A stretch of DNA of 64,000 bases from Octopus sinensis (lineage: Eukaryota), in assembly GCF_006345805.1 (NCBI RefSeq), contig NC_042999.1:59706001-59770000 (forward strand), given 5' to 3'. Of this stretch, positions 12,348 to 24,164 are shown in pieces. Made by a program: the position numbers and the translations under genes. Numbering within the stretch: position 1 is the stretch's first letter; each line of letters begins with the position of its first letter. The notes under the pieces are model-generated. The model did no database searches. It saw nothing but the letters and a program-made list of their open reading frames with translations, and had not been told where the DNA came from.

Positions 12348-13624
12348 ACAATCAAGGAACGGCCATAATAGGCCATTCACCCACTAGAAATAACAGCCAA
12401 AGTTTCAACCGCAAATAAAAATCAATTCCGTAAACCAGGAGAAAATTTAAAAAACATTTACCCTGTAATTTCTTATACGATGCACCGTTTCATCTGCTGT
12501 TTAATGGTAAACTAACCTGATTAAATTAAATCAAGCCAATCTTCCATAGGCCCTCAGATTCTTCAGTAAGAAATAGCCAAGTCGGAACAGATATTTTCAC
12601 GAGGCATTTCCGACCCTGCCAAGGCAATATCTGACCTAAAATTTTCAAATCATCGCACTCGCGCCAAATTTATCGGCAGCAAATAAATATAAGCCGTCGA
12701 TTCCATTACGGAATTAACCAGAAAATTCATAATTAATCAATATAGGGTGGCAAAAAAATTTTGTAGAATTTTTTTGCCTCGTGAAAATATCTGTTCCGAC
12801 TTGGCTATTTCTTACTGAAGAATCTGAGGGCCTATGGAAGATTGGCTTGATTTAATTTAATCAGGTTAGTTTACCATTAAACAGCAGATGAAACGGTGCA
12901 TCGTATAAGAAATTACAGGGTAAATGTTTTTTAAATTTTCTCCTGGTTTACGGAATTGATTTTTATTTGCGGTTGAAGCTTTGGCTGTTATTTCTAGTGG
13001 GTGAATGGCCTATTATGGCCGTTCCTTGATTGTTGATGTTGAACTTAAAAATGGTCTATGACTATTTAATTTTTTCCCACTAGGCCGCTGGTGGCAAAAA
13101 AATTCTACAAAATTTTTTTGCCACCCTATATTGATTAATTATGAATTTTCTGGTTAATTCCGTAATGGAATCGACGGCTTATATTTATTTGCTGCCGATA
13201 AATTTGGCGCGAGTGCGATGATTTGAAAATTTTAGGTCAGATATTGCCTTGGCAGGGTCGGAAATGCCTCGTGAAAATATCTGTTCCGACTTGGCTATTT
13301 CTTACTGAAGAATCTGAGGGCCTATGGAAGATTGGCTTGATTTAATTTAATCAGGTTAGTTTACCATTAAACAGCAGATGAAACGGTGCATCGTATAAGA
13401 AATTACAGGGTAAATGTTTTTTAAATTTTCTCCTGGTTTACGGAATTGATTTTTATTTGCGGTTGAAGCTTTGGCTGTTATTTCTAGTGGGTGAATGGCC
13501 TATTATGGCCGTTCCTTGATTGTTGATGTTGAACTTAAAAATGGTCTATGACTATTTAATTTTTTCCCACTAGGCCGCTGGTGGCAAAAAAATTCTACAA
13601 AATTTTTTTGCCACCCTATATTGA

Positions 13625-13632
<8 letters not shown>
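12344..13632. repeat. 490-bp unit in inverted plus tandem array, inserted in (TA)n
   Basis: GTGAAAATATCTG occurs at 12781 and 13271 (period 490). Bases 12344-12778 are the reverse complement of most of the unit. A 14-bp-stem hairpin lies at 13091-13124 and 13581-13614. Confidence 0.95.
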
Positions 13633-13664
<32 letters not shown>

Positions 13665-13695
13665 TACATACATGTACATACATACATACATAAAT

Positions 13696-13933
13696 TCTTT
13701 TATTCTTTTATTTCTTTCAGTTGTTTGACTGCGGTTGTGCTGGGGCGCCGCTTTTAGTCGAACAAATCGACATCCCGGACTTATTCTTTGCAAGACTAGT
13801 ATGCATTCTATCGGTCTCTTTTACCGAACCACTAAGTTGCGAAGACGTAAACACACCAACATCGGCTGTCAATCGATGGTGGGGCGACAAACCCAAACAC
13901 ATGAAGACATACATACATACATACATACATACA

Positions 13934-13967
<34 letters not shown>

Positions 13968-14275
13968 CAACATATATATATATATTGGCCTGCTCGCTTA
14001 GTCAGCGGGGTGGCGTCACTTGAAGGCTAAAAAAATGCAAAGCGATTGTGAACAGCGATGTGTAGCAACATCTGATAGCCTGGTCGGTCATGGTCACGGT
14101 ATATATATATATATATATATATGGCGGGGTTTTTTCAGTTTCCGCCAACCAAATCCACTCACAATGCTTCGGTCGGCCCGAGGAGATACTTGCCGAAGGT
14201 ACCACACAGTGGGACTGAACCCGGAAGAATGTGGTTGGGAAGCAAGCTTATTACCACAAAGCCACCCCTGTGCCT
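13696..14275 (-). mobile_element. SINE family C, diverged, with a nested 114-bp insert (13987-14100) in its internal TA tract
   Basis: Family-C 3' and 5' halves are separated by (TACA)n/(TA)n containing an unrelated GC-richer segment. Confidence 0.8.
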
Positions 14276-14280
14276 ATATA

Positions 14281-14324
<44 letters not shown>

Positions 14325-14466
14325 AAGTAGATAAATGAATTATCTTATTACGGATTATTCAAATGATAACCGATACCTGGGTAGCAAAAATCACAACAGA
14401 AAAATCACGGTTGAGGTTACGACCATGGGGTCTCAAACCCGTACCTTAGTGCGGAAATTGAAGTTT

Positions 14467-14561
14467 TATATATTTAGTGTAGGAAGAAATGGAGCTGAAC
14501 GAAGATTTAACAAAATTCCTTTTGTTAAATCTTCGTTCAGTTCCATTTCTTCCTACACTAA

Positions 14562-14568
<7 letters not shown>
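14467..14568. repeat. 102-bp near-perfect palindrome (MITE-like or hairpin-RNA-like)
   Basis: 49-bp arms (14467-14515 and 14520-14568) around a TTCC loop, with a single G:T mismatch. Confidence 0.95.
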
Positions 14569-14645
<77 letters not shown>

Positions 14646-14989
14646 TTGTGTGCGTGTGTGTGTGCGTGTGTGTGTGCGTGTGTGTGTGCGTGTGTGTGTG
14701 TATCAGGGGCGATGCATACCTTACTATTTTTCCACGATAAATAATTGTTGTGTAATATATAATTGATTATTGATCATTTTCACTAAATTAATTGCAGTCA
14801 TACTTACTTGTATTTCGCATTCCTTGATATCTTTGTATAAACTGTAAACAATCGATATTACTTTACAAGTGTAAGTAGTGAAAGCTCATGTTTGTTGTGC
14901 GAGAAAAGAAGGAAAAGTTGTGAATTAATTGGTCTCCTGTTCTTTTGAGAAGAGTGCGTCAACAAGAAAGACAAAACAAACGAGTAGGC

Positions 14990-15545
14990 AACAGAGACAG
15001 GGACGAATATTTCTGCTTGCTTTCAGGTATAGTAAGAGCAATGGTATTAGACTCTTCGCCTTCTATTATTCTCTTCGAGGATGGAGAGCCAAAAAAGGGA
15101 GACAAATTAACGGGTTAGTGATTAATAGAATGGCAAAAGAAAACAAATTTTTTACTATTTGCTCTCAGTCATAGTAACGGCAGTGGTGTTATTTTCTTTG
15201 TAGTCTATTATTTTCGAGAAAGGAAGCGTCAAAGTGAGGGACAAATCGAAAAATTAGTGAGTGATCAAGAAAGAAAAAGACAGAGAAAGCAGATATTTCA
15301 CTGCTTACTTTCAGCCGTGTTAAGTTGCTAACAGAAAGCAAATTTTTTACTGTTTACATTCAATTATAGTAAGGGCAGGGACCAAAAAAAGAGAAAGACA
15401 GAGAAAGCAGATATTTCACTGCTTACTTTCAGCCGTGTTAAGTTGCCAACAGAAAGCTGCTTGCTTTCAGTTATAGTAAGAGCAGTGACCAAGATAGAGA
15501 AAGCAGATATTTTACTGCTTGCCTTCCAGCCGTGTTAAGCCAGCA
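14990..15545. repeat. Degenerate tandem repeat (~96-118-bp units)
   Basis: GAGAAAGCAGATATTT(C/T)ACTGCTT recurs, with AGATAT at 15291, 15409 and 15505. TTGCTTTCAG-TATAGTAAG recurs several times. Confidence 0.8.
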
Positions 15546-15717
15546 GACACGTTGTCAACTTTCTCTCTCCTGAAGTGTTGATGTTTTTTGCTGTCCTGTG
15601 CAGCAGAGGACTTTCCTGAGGCTTTCCTCATAGTCGGACAGATTTAAACGAGAAATGCATATTTAGTCAATTTACAAGTTTGTTTTATTGCTTTCTGATA
15701 TGTTTCCTACGTATATT

Positions 15718-15955
15718 ATCTTTTATCTTCTACTCGTTTCAATCAGTAAATTGTGGCCATGCTGGGGCACCATCTTAAATAATTTTTAGTCTAATGAATC
15801 TACCCTAGTATTTTTCTTTAAGGCCTGGTGCTTATTCGTTTGGTCTCTCGTGCCGAACTACTAAGTTACGGGAACGTAAACACGCCAACGCCGGTTGTCA
15901 AGCGTTGGTGAAGAACAAACACAGACACAATGGCACACATACAAACACACACACA
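15718..15955 (-). mobile_element. SINE family C, 3' half, diverged
   Basis: GGCCATGCTGGGGCACC...GCCGAACTACTAAGTTACGGG...CGGTTGTCAAGCG. Confidence 0.7.
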
Positions 15956-15957
15956 TA

Positions 15958-16680
15958 CAGAGTGCGCTGGATAAATTGCCGCCATTTCATATTTTTAATT
16001 TCGCGCATGAGCATTGTTTGTTTTTGATTTTGTCGACTACACAATATAGTAGGGTCCGTTGGGCACCGTCTGTGAGAAAAAAAAGCACCATAACGCAATT
16101 CACTCTGCTAAAAGTTTGGAAACGACATGCTGTGCTGCTTAGTATTCGCGCCGGAAGCTCCAATACGAACATTTCAGAGTGTTTGGGTGTCAATCTGAGG
16201 AGAGTGCAATCTGAGGACATGTACCGAGAGTGATAAAAATCAAACATTCAATCAATATCATGGTGTTCGAAGTGATCACAAGTGATGGTGACGTTATGCC
16301 TCCCTTCGTTTTCCTACACGGCCTCAGACCAACTAGGCGACCTATATCAAGTGCCTGGAGAAGGTAGTGCTGCCCTGAGCCAAGTGGGTGGCTGCTGGAA
16401 GATCCTATGAATGGCAACAGGACTCTGCATCATGCCACACAAGTAGGAGCACCCAGTCATGACTCAGACAATTTCTGCCACCACACTACCCCTAACATCT
16501 GGCCACCTAACTCCCCAGATTGCAACCACTTTGATTATTATGTGTGGTGCGCAGTTGCGCGAGCGACCAACAAAACTCCAAAGATGAACTGAAGGCAAGG
16601 ATTATGGCAGCATTCACCAACTTAAACAAAGAGACCGTCCAGAAGAGTTGCAGGAGATTCGGAAGTCGTCTGGCTGCCGA
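15958..16680 (+). mobile_element. maT (DD37D) Tc1/mariner transposon remnant, internally deleted, right end missing
   Basis: TA|CAGAGTGCG left end; N-terminal WKRHAVLLSIRAGSSNTNISECLGVNLRRVQ; catalytic WQQDSASCHTSR and WPPNSPDCNHFDYYVW. There are 37 residues between the last two Asp if one 2-nt frameshift is repaired. Confidence 0.85.
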
Positions 16681-16825
16681 CGGTGACCTCTGCCCCATAG
16701 CCGTTGGTTATACTCTGCGACAGTTCACAGCAAATGTGTGTCTGTCCCCAGTTTCTAACTGCCTGTCCGCTTTCCCTATTCCCTATTCAGCTGCTCCCAT
16801 TACTATTTAAATTATTAAGTGAAGT

Positions 16826-17260
16826 GGGATGTCCAGGGGCACTATCTAAAATTAAAAGAAGTTTGAAATCTAAATTATAATAATTATCTTTTTGCAATAT
16901 TTTTCAAATGTGGAACAAAAATGCATATTGAACCATTCTTAAAACACCTTTGTCACCAAATCCCTTTTATTCCGTTTCCAAATTACTGAAAGAGATATGC
17001 CTTTTAATGCTCTTCGGTTCATTATACGATTAATTAGCATCGGTTTTAATTTGCATTCCACTTTGGCATTGCCTCCCAGTAGAAGTGTTAATTTATCTTT
17101 GGGTGATTTATAACTTGGTGTCGTCGCTTCTTTTCTTGCCAGAAAATTCTTGTTGACATTTTATTCCCAGAATAGGGAAGTTTCGTCGACATTGAGGATT
17201 TGACGATAATCCTACCAATTTTCTCCAATTATATCTGTGCGCTGATAAACGTTGTTTTTC
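16826..17260 (-). pseudogene. pogo/Tigger-type transposase fragment (DDE_1)
   Basis: Minus strand reads QILNVDETSLFWE*, KSPKDKLTLLLGGNAKVECKLKP and DFKLLLILDSAPGHP, the hallmark Tigger motifs. Confidence 0.88.
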
Positions 17261-17484
17261 ACTTATGGCCAATCGTACTTAAAAAATAGAATATGACACA
17301 AATAAATAAAATTCTTTAAAGAAAAGCACTTATTGTTTTTTCTTTTTTTTTTTTGATTAAAAAAAAGATCATCATTTACTTCAATTTGTATATTTTATTT
17401 TTATTACAGTGGGACATTAGATACTATAAAAAAAATCAAGGACGCAGTAAAACCACACAAAATTCATGGACTGCTGTTTTATCT

Positions 17485-17735
17485 TACACTTTTACCTTTT
17501 TACTTGTTTCAGTTATTTGACTGCGGCCATGCTGGAGCACCGCCTTTTTTAGTCGAGAAATTCGAACCCAAGACTTATTCTTTCTAAGCCTAGTACTTAT
17601 TCTATGTGTCTGTTTTGCCGAACCGCTACAGTACGGGGATGTAAACACACCGGCATCGGTTGTTAAGCGATGTCGGTGGTGGAGGGGGGGCAAACACAGA
17701 CATACAAACACATACTCACGCACACACACACACAT
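17485..17735 (-). mobile_element. SINE family C, 3' half
   Basis: TTACTTGTTTCAG...GCGGCCATGCTGGAGCACCGCC...GGCATCGGTTGTTAAGCG. Confidence 0.8.
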
Positions 17736-18049
17736 ACTGCAATGTGAGTTTTTATGAGTTTTATAGAATGCTATGGTTTCTATGATAATATACATATGAA
17801 TGGGTGTAGCCTAATAGTTACAGAGTTGTTCTCTCTAATCGTACGTTCGATTCCTGCATCAAGTGTCGCGCTATTTCCAAGAGCAAGTGTTACATCTTTG
17901 TTCTATTGGATTAAGGATAGGAAAGCCGAGAAAATTTCAATGTTCGTGACGTTGAAGATACCTAAAGCAATTACTGAGAACATTGAACTTACTATGCTGT
18001 CATACTCGTGTGCGAGTTGTTGTTATAATTTAATTAAGAGGCATACTCT

Positions 18050-18451
18050 CTACTCTTTACTCTTTTACTTGTTTCAGTCATTTGACTGCAGCCATGCTGG
18101 AGTACCATCTTTTAGTCGAGCAAATCGACCCCAGGACTTATTCTATCGGGGTTTTTTTTGCCGAACCGCTAAGTTACCGGGACGTAAACACACCAGCATC
18201 GGTTGTCAAGCGATGTTGGGAGACGATCACAGATACACAAACATATACACGCACATACATATATATACATATTTATACATACATATCTACGACGGGCTTC
18301 TTTCAGTTTCCGTCTACCAAATCCACTCACAAGGTTTTGGTCGGCCCGAGGCAATAATAGAAGACACTTGCCCAAAGTTCCACGCAGTGGGACTGAACCC
18401 GGAGCCATGTGGTTGGTAAGCAAGCTACTTACCACATAGCCACTCCTGCGC
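18050..18451 (-). mobile_element. SINE family C, full length
   Basis: Complete family-C consensus. Confidence 0.9.
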
Positions 18452-18699
18452 ATATGTGTATGCAAGTATCTATTTTTAAAGTATGTTATCCATCGGAGTA
18501 CTTAATCCTTTCTGCTTATGGGCACACATCTGGAAATTTGAGAGGAAGAGGATAGTTGATTACATCGCCCCCCGCCCCCCAGTGTTTTACTGGTACTTAA
18601 TTCATCTATGAAAGACAAAGTCAACCTCGGCGAAATTTGAACTTAGAACGTAGCGATGGGTGAATTACCACTAAGTGTTTCACCCGGCGTGATAATGAT

Positions 18700-19312
18700 T
18701 CTTTTGTACTCTAGACACAAGGCACGAAATTTTGGAGGAGGGTGACAGTCAATTAGATCGACCCCAGTACGCCACTGGTACTTAATTTATCCACCCCGAA
18801 AGAAGGAAAGGCAAAGTCGAGCTCGGTGGAATTTAAACTCAGAACGTAGCGGCAGACGAAACACCTCTAAGCATTTCACATCTTGTGCTAAAGTTTCATA
18901 TTTCTTTATTGCCCACAAGGGGCTAAACATAGAGAGGACAAAAAAGGACAGACAAAGGAATTAAGTCGATTACATCGATCCCAGTGCGTAACTGGTACTT
19001 ATTTAGTCGACCTCGAAAGAATGAAAGGCAAAGTCGACCTCGGCGGAATTTGAACTCAGAACGTAAAGACAGACGAAATACCTATTTCTTTACTACCCAC
19101 AAGGGGCTAAACACAGAGTGGACAAACAAGGACAGACAAACGGATAAAGTCGATTACATCAACCCCAGTACGTAAATGGTACTTATTTAATCGACCCCGA
19201 AAAGATGAAAGGTAAAGTCGACCTCGATGGAATTTGAACTCAGAACGTAACGGCAGACGAAATACCGCTAAACATTTCGCCCGGATGCTATTATTTCTGC
19301 CAGATCGCCGCC
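18700..19312 (-). mobile_element. SINE family B trimer
   Basis: AAAGTCGA(C/G) cores at 18816, 19033 and 19217 (spacings 217 and 184). One head at the right end. Another diverged B copy lies at ~18540-18700. Confidence 0.85.
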
Positions 19313-19653
19313 TTAATGAAAAATATAATTTGCAAATTTACAACGGAAACTGTGCAGAAACATTTCGTGTATACGTGTGTGTGCGCGCGCGAGTCTTTGC
19401 GTTTTTCTCCATGCCACTTAACAATCGGTGTTGCTTTGTTTACATCCCCATTAGTTAACGGCTCGGCATTAGAGTATAATAGGATAAGTACGACACAAAA
19501 AGAATGAGTATCGGGTTTTATTTGATCGATTAAAACACTCCAAGGAGGTTGCCGAAGCCTGACCGCAGGGCAGTGACTGAAGCAAAGCAAATGAATAAAA
19601 GGATTAGCAGTTATCATCGTCGTTAAGTACATTGTTTTACAGACACTTTTTAT

Positions 19654-20247
19654 CGGGGGCGGACTGAGCTGTCGGTCAATCGGGCACTGCCCGAGGGCTC
19701 GGAGTTCTATGGGGCTCAAACTCTACATGTTAATTCTACTAAAACATACATTCAAAGGGGCCCGGTAAACAGTTATGCCCGAGGGCCCTTAATATTCTCA
19801 GTCCGCGAAATGGCAGAAACGTTAGTACGCCGCGCGAAATGCTTAGCGGTATTTTGTTTGCCGTTACGTTCTGAGTTCAAATTCCGCCGAGGTCGACTCT
19901 GCCTTTCATCCTTTCGGGGTCGATCAATTAAGTACCAGTTACGCCCTGCGGTCGATATAATCGACTTAATCCGTTTGTCTGTCATTGTTTGTCCTCTCTA
20001 TGTTTAGCCCCTGTGGGCGATAAAGAAATAAGAAACTTTAGCACGCCGGGCGAAATGCTTAGAAGTATTTCGTCTGCCGCTACGTTCTGAGTTCAAATAC
20101 CGCCGAGGTCGACTTTGCTCTTCATCCTTTCGGTATGGATAAATTAAGTACCAGTTGCGTACTAAGGTCGTTCTAATCGACTGGCTCCCTTCCCCAAAAT
20201 TTCCGGCCTGTGCCTAGAGTAGAAAAGAATACTCTCAGTCCGTTCCT
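19654..20247. mobile_element. Small TIR element (hAT-like MITE) whose right TIR was hit by a SINE-B dimer
   Basis: Left GGGGGCGGACTGAG; right CTCAGTCCG(C) at 19797-19806, repeated at 20234-20242. Confidence 0.6.
19806..20228 (+). mobile_element. SINE family B dimer with 14-bp TSD
   Basis: GTCGAC cores at 19892 and 20108. TSD ATA(T/C)TCTCAGTCCG at 19792-19805 and 20229-20242. Confidence 0.88.
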
Positions 20248-20607
20248 GCTTTTTATAAACTCTGTTCCATAATTACCATTATTAATGTTACGTAAGTATT
20301 AGAAATATTAAAATGGGAATTGTTTTATCCTAATTCTATTCTCCTCCGTTTTTAGAATGTTAGAAAATTCCAATATTTATGGAGACAAATTTTTTTAAAA
20401 TTGCTATCATTCCATGAAACGGAAGAAAATATTATATAATCCTGGGATATAAAATGAAAATAATACATCTTACGAAGGCATGCGAAAGTGTATTCGTTTT
20501 ATATGACATCTCATTTGATTTGTGAGATTAAGGACAAACGTAACAGGGAAGATATTAAGTGCTTTGGAGCAAGATATATGTATTCTAGTTAGAACTGCAC
20601 AGAAAGA

Positions 20608-20646
<39 letters not shown>

Positions 20647-20697
20647 TAATATAATAATAATAATGATATGATGATAATATAATATAAAATAATAATA

Positions 20698-21236
20698 AAT
20701 GCCTGATGAAGTACAGGCAGTGGCTATCATGGCTTCGATCTAATGATTGAAGTGTTACATGTACATTGTTTGTCTTGGTATAAAAGATGGGCTACAGCAA
20801 ATATTCTGCTCATACCACAGATTTGCTTGTCAGTTGTTTGACCTTAACCAGTTGAGCATGTCCCTTAGTGGCTGACGATATGTGCATCTCTGATCACGAG
20901 CAGAAGTAGTGGGGGAGCATCATAGCATGTGTTGAGAGGGATTCTTGGGTTTGAATAGTTCACCTCTGGAAACATGGTGGTTCTTTCAACATCCTTAAAC
21001 AACCCTTATTCAGGACCGTTTGAGCGGGATGGGCTACTCAACCTGAAGAAAATTCTAACTGGGCCCCACCTGCAAGGTCATGTGCTGTTTATCTTGATAT
21101 GAGATACCATGTCGCGCACATATGGTTGTGATGCTGTGCCTGGTGTACCTTTATCAGACGGGTAGTCATGATGGGTATATTGGGCTTCGTATTTTACCCC
21201 AGTGTCACTTTGATGGCATGAACTGCTCTCTCACTC
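20698..21236 (+). mobile_element. ~540-bp non-coding interspersed element embedded in (AAT)n
   Basis: A second copy lies in reverse at 62088-62645. Both are flanked by (AAT)n on each side and end ...CTCTCACTC-AATAATAAT. Confidence 0.85.
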
Positions 21237-21253
21237 AATATAATAATAATATG

Positions 21254-21285
<32 letters not shown>

Positions 21286-21311
21286 TAATGATAATAATAA
21301 TAATGATAATG

Positions 21312-21373
<62 letters not shown>

Positions 21374-23734
21374 TTAAGCGAAGAAGTGAATAACAGGAAA
21401 TAATGAGAAAAATATTCTCTATATGCACAAAGCATGAAGCATGAACATGTACATATATTCATGCGCACGCGCAAAAGGCAAAAAGAGATATATATTTGCA
21501 CCGCGATGCTATTAGATCAAATGTTTTTCTAATCTAAGTGCGATCGTGTGAGATTGTATGGCGGTTGGGAGTTTCTTTCTGTTTCGTAACAATCTGCTTT
21601 CATAATCTCACTAAATAACATAATGTGAAAGAGAGTTATACGTGTTAAATCCCATGACTATAGGTGTGTGTGCGTATATGTATGCGTGTATGTATGCGTG
21701 TACGTGCGTGTATGTGTGTGTGTGCTCCTGTGTGTTGTTTCCAGAGTAACTTCTAGCAAGCGTTCATTCACGGGTGGATGCTGAACAGTAATACTGAAAC
21801 TGTGTGCTGTGTATTCATGCAAGCATTAATTCCGATGAATGCCTTAAAGCATATTGAAAATATCCATCTACAAATCGGCTTTCTGTTCTGTGCACATTAC
21901 ATCTTGTCATTGTTCTATACAGCAATGACATAACGCGCACGCATACTTATAGGCATATATGATATGATATGATATATACGTAGGTATGAATACATACATG
22001 CTTACGCGCATATGAATTCACTCAGCTATATACATAAGCATGCACACGCATGCATACACACACGTACACAAATGTATTAATATGTGTATAATCTTTTTGA
22101 CATATCTATCATTCTATTTCAATGTATTATCGCTTTTAAACTGGAATTATTTCCATATTCATTGAGCTCTCTGCTAAAACGCTTTACGCTAGAAAATATC
22201 TCTGTTATGGTTGCAAAATACTTGTTCTTATTAATATAACACTGCATTTATTTTACACAACTTTACAATACCATTTCACAGTTTCAGAAATTTATGCTCT
22301 TTGTAAAGTATTTCACAGATTTGAGTACATGAATTCTTTAATTTTTTCGAAGCTATGAATACAAAATACGCTGTATTGCTAATTTGAATTTGAAATTGAG
22401 GAATATAACGGAGAAGATGCATAGAGTGGCCACATTTATTTTTTTATCTATTACGAGGTTCTTACAATTTATAGTTGGTGGCAATCATGTATAGCACTAT
22501 TTCATTCTTTTTCAAAATCTTAAGCATTACATAACCCGTAACTTATTAGATATAACGCGAAATGGGGTATATCATTAAAATTAAAAATGATATTAATTAC
22601 TTTCCGTAGGAAATTCATGGAATATTGTTTATAGCTTTATTTCTTCATAGAATGCTGGCAGTATAAGTCTTAAATTATTATTGTATATTTCGGCTGGATT
22701 AAATTTAATCATAATATAGATTATGGTATTTTCATTACTTTTTATTCAAGAGGAAAGACTGCCAGTGACCCGTCACAGGGCTCTGTGATTGTTCGGAGGG
22801 AAAGAATAAAGCATCCGCACACTGGAAGCTTGATCCGAGCTCTGCTCAAAATACCCAAGTCGCTAGGTGGTGTCGTTGAACCAGATGGTAGATTACGTAT
22901 ACTTCCTGAGTAGATCACGGCTGGATTTGAACTCAAAGCACAAAGACCCGGAGCAAATACTGTACAGCTTTTGATCCAGTTTTCCTTACAATTCCGCCAA
23001 TCGAGTATCCAGTATAGGACTTTTTATTGACCTTAAAAAGGATAAAATGTAAAGCCAACATCGGCAGAACGTGAATACAGAGCAGCGAGTTTCAGAAGGA
23101 ATACTGCGTGATATTCTATCCATGGCTCTCACGACTCAGCCATTTCATCTCTCCCAATGACTGGAGCAAAGCTATATGCTGTAGTCTGTGAGAAAATTTA
23201 AATGCTATCAATAGAGTATATTATATTCTACTATCCATGAGAAACACGATGTGTGTACGACGTGTCCCAAACATAACCAAGACTATTAATTAGTCCAATC
23301 TATTTTAATTTTTTTCTGTCAACCAGGTGATTGTTTATACATTTATTTACATTTCTTCAATGAAGTGGATCTCCTATGCTTCCAGCACAGTTCCACATCA
23401 TTGTTTTACAGGGATGGAGTCTGGAGAAAGGTTAGAAGCTGTCAGGAATAGTCCACAAGAAAGAAATGAAAGAATGACTAAAAAATAGATAAATAAATAA
23501 ATAAAAAGTAAAGGGGAAGCAGAATACTACAAGTACCCTGTCAATGTTGCATAACGAGTAAGACAGGGATCTTTATGGTTGTCTGAGTTATCAATGATGG
23601 TGTACAGGAACATGTTAAATTATGTAAAGGAGACAGAAAAGGTACTTTTCTCTTCGTTAGGCATGAGATGAAAGTCAAATACACTGAACACAGAAGAAAT
23701 AGACTATTGTTTAAAACCTACATCAATAGTCTAC

Positions 23735-23855
23735 GACGGGCTTTTTTCAGTTTCACTCACAAGGATTAGGTCGGCCCAAGGCTATAGTAGAAGACACTTA
23801 CCCAGGGTGCCACGCAATGCGAATGAACCCAGAACCATGTGGCTGGTAAGCAAGA
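23735..23855 (-). mobile_element. SINE family C, 5' fragment
   Basis: CGACGGGC...GGTCGGCCCAAGGCTATAGTAGAAGACAC...ACCATGTGG. Confidence 0.75.
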
Positions 23856-24164
23856 GCTAATGGAGTATTTCTTTGAGGATATGGGACTTTTCACGATTTG
23901 GTTCAAGCCAGAAGTACTTAAAAGAAATTTCAAACTTTCGAGTTAACCATAAAAGGGCCAAAATCGTAGCGTCACCTAATTTTAATGGCGGTTTCTTAAA
24001 GAGGTGCATTTGTTTTGTATAATGAATTTTAAAATTGTTTCAACATATTCAATCGTGTTCTTGCCTCTCCCTTGTTTATTATATATGCATACACCGTTAC
24101 ATGTTTAATCACTCATTTATGGGAGCTTGTGACCAAGTGCAAAAAGATTATTGCTGTTGCTGTT

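Noticed and set aside
12800-12845. Hammerhead core in the 490-bp unit (CTGAAGA...)
   Set aside because: There is no correctly placed GAAA or cleavage triplet, so the unit is not called a retrozyme.
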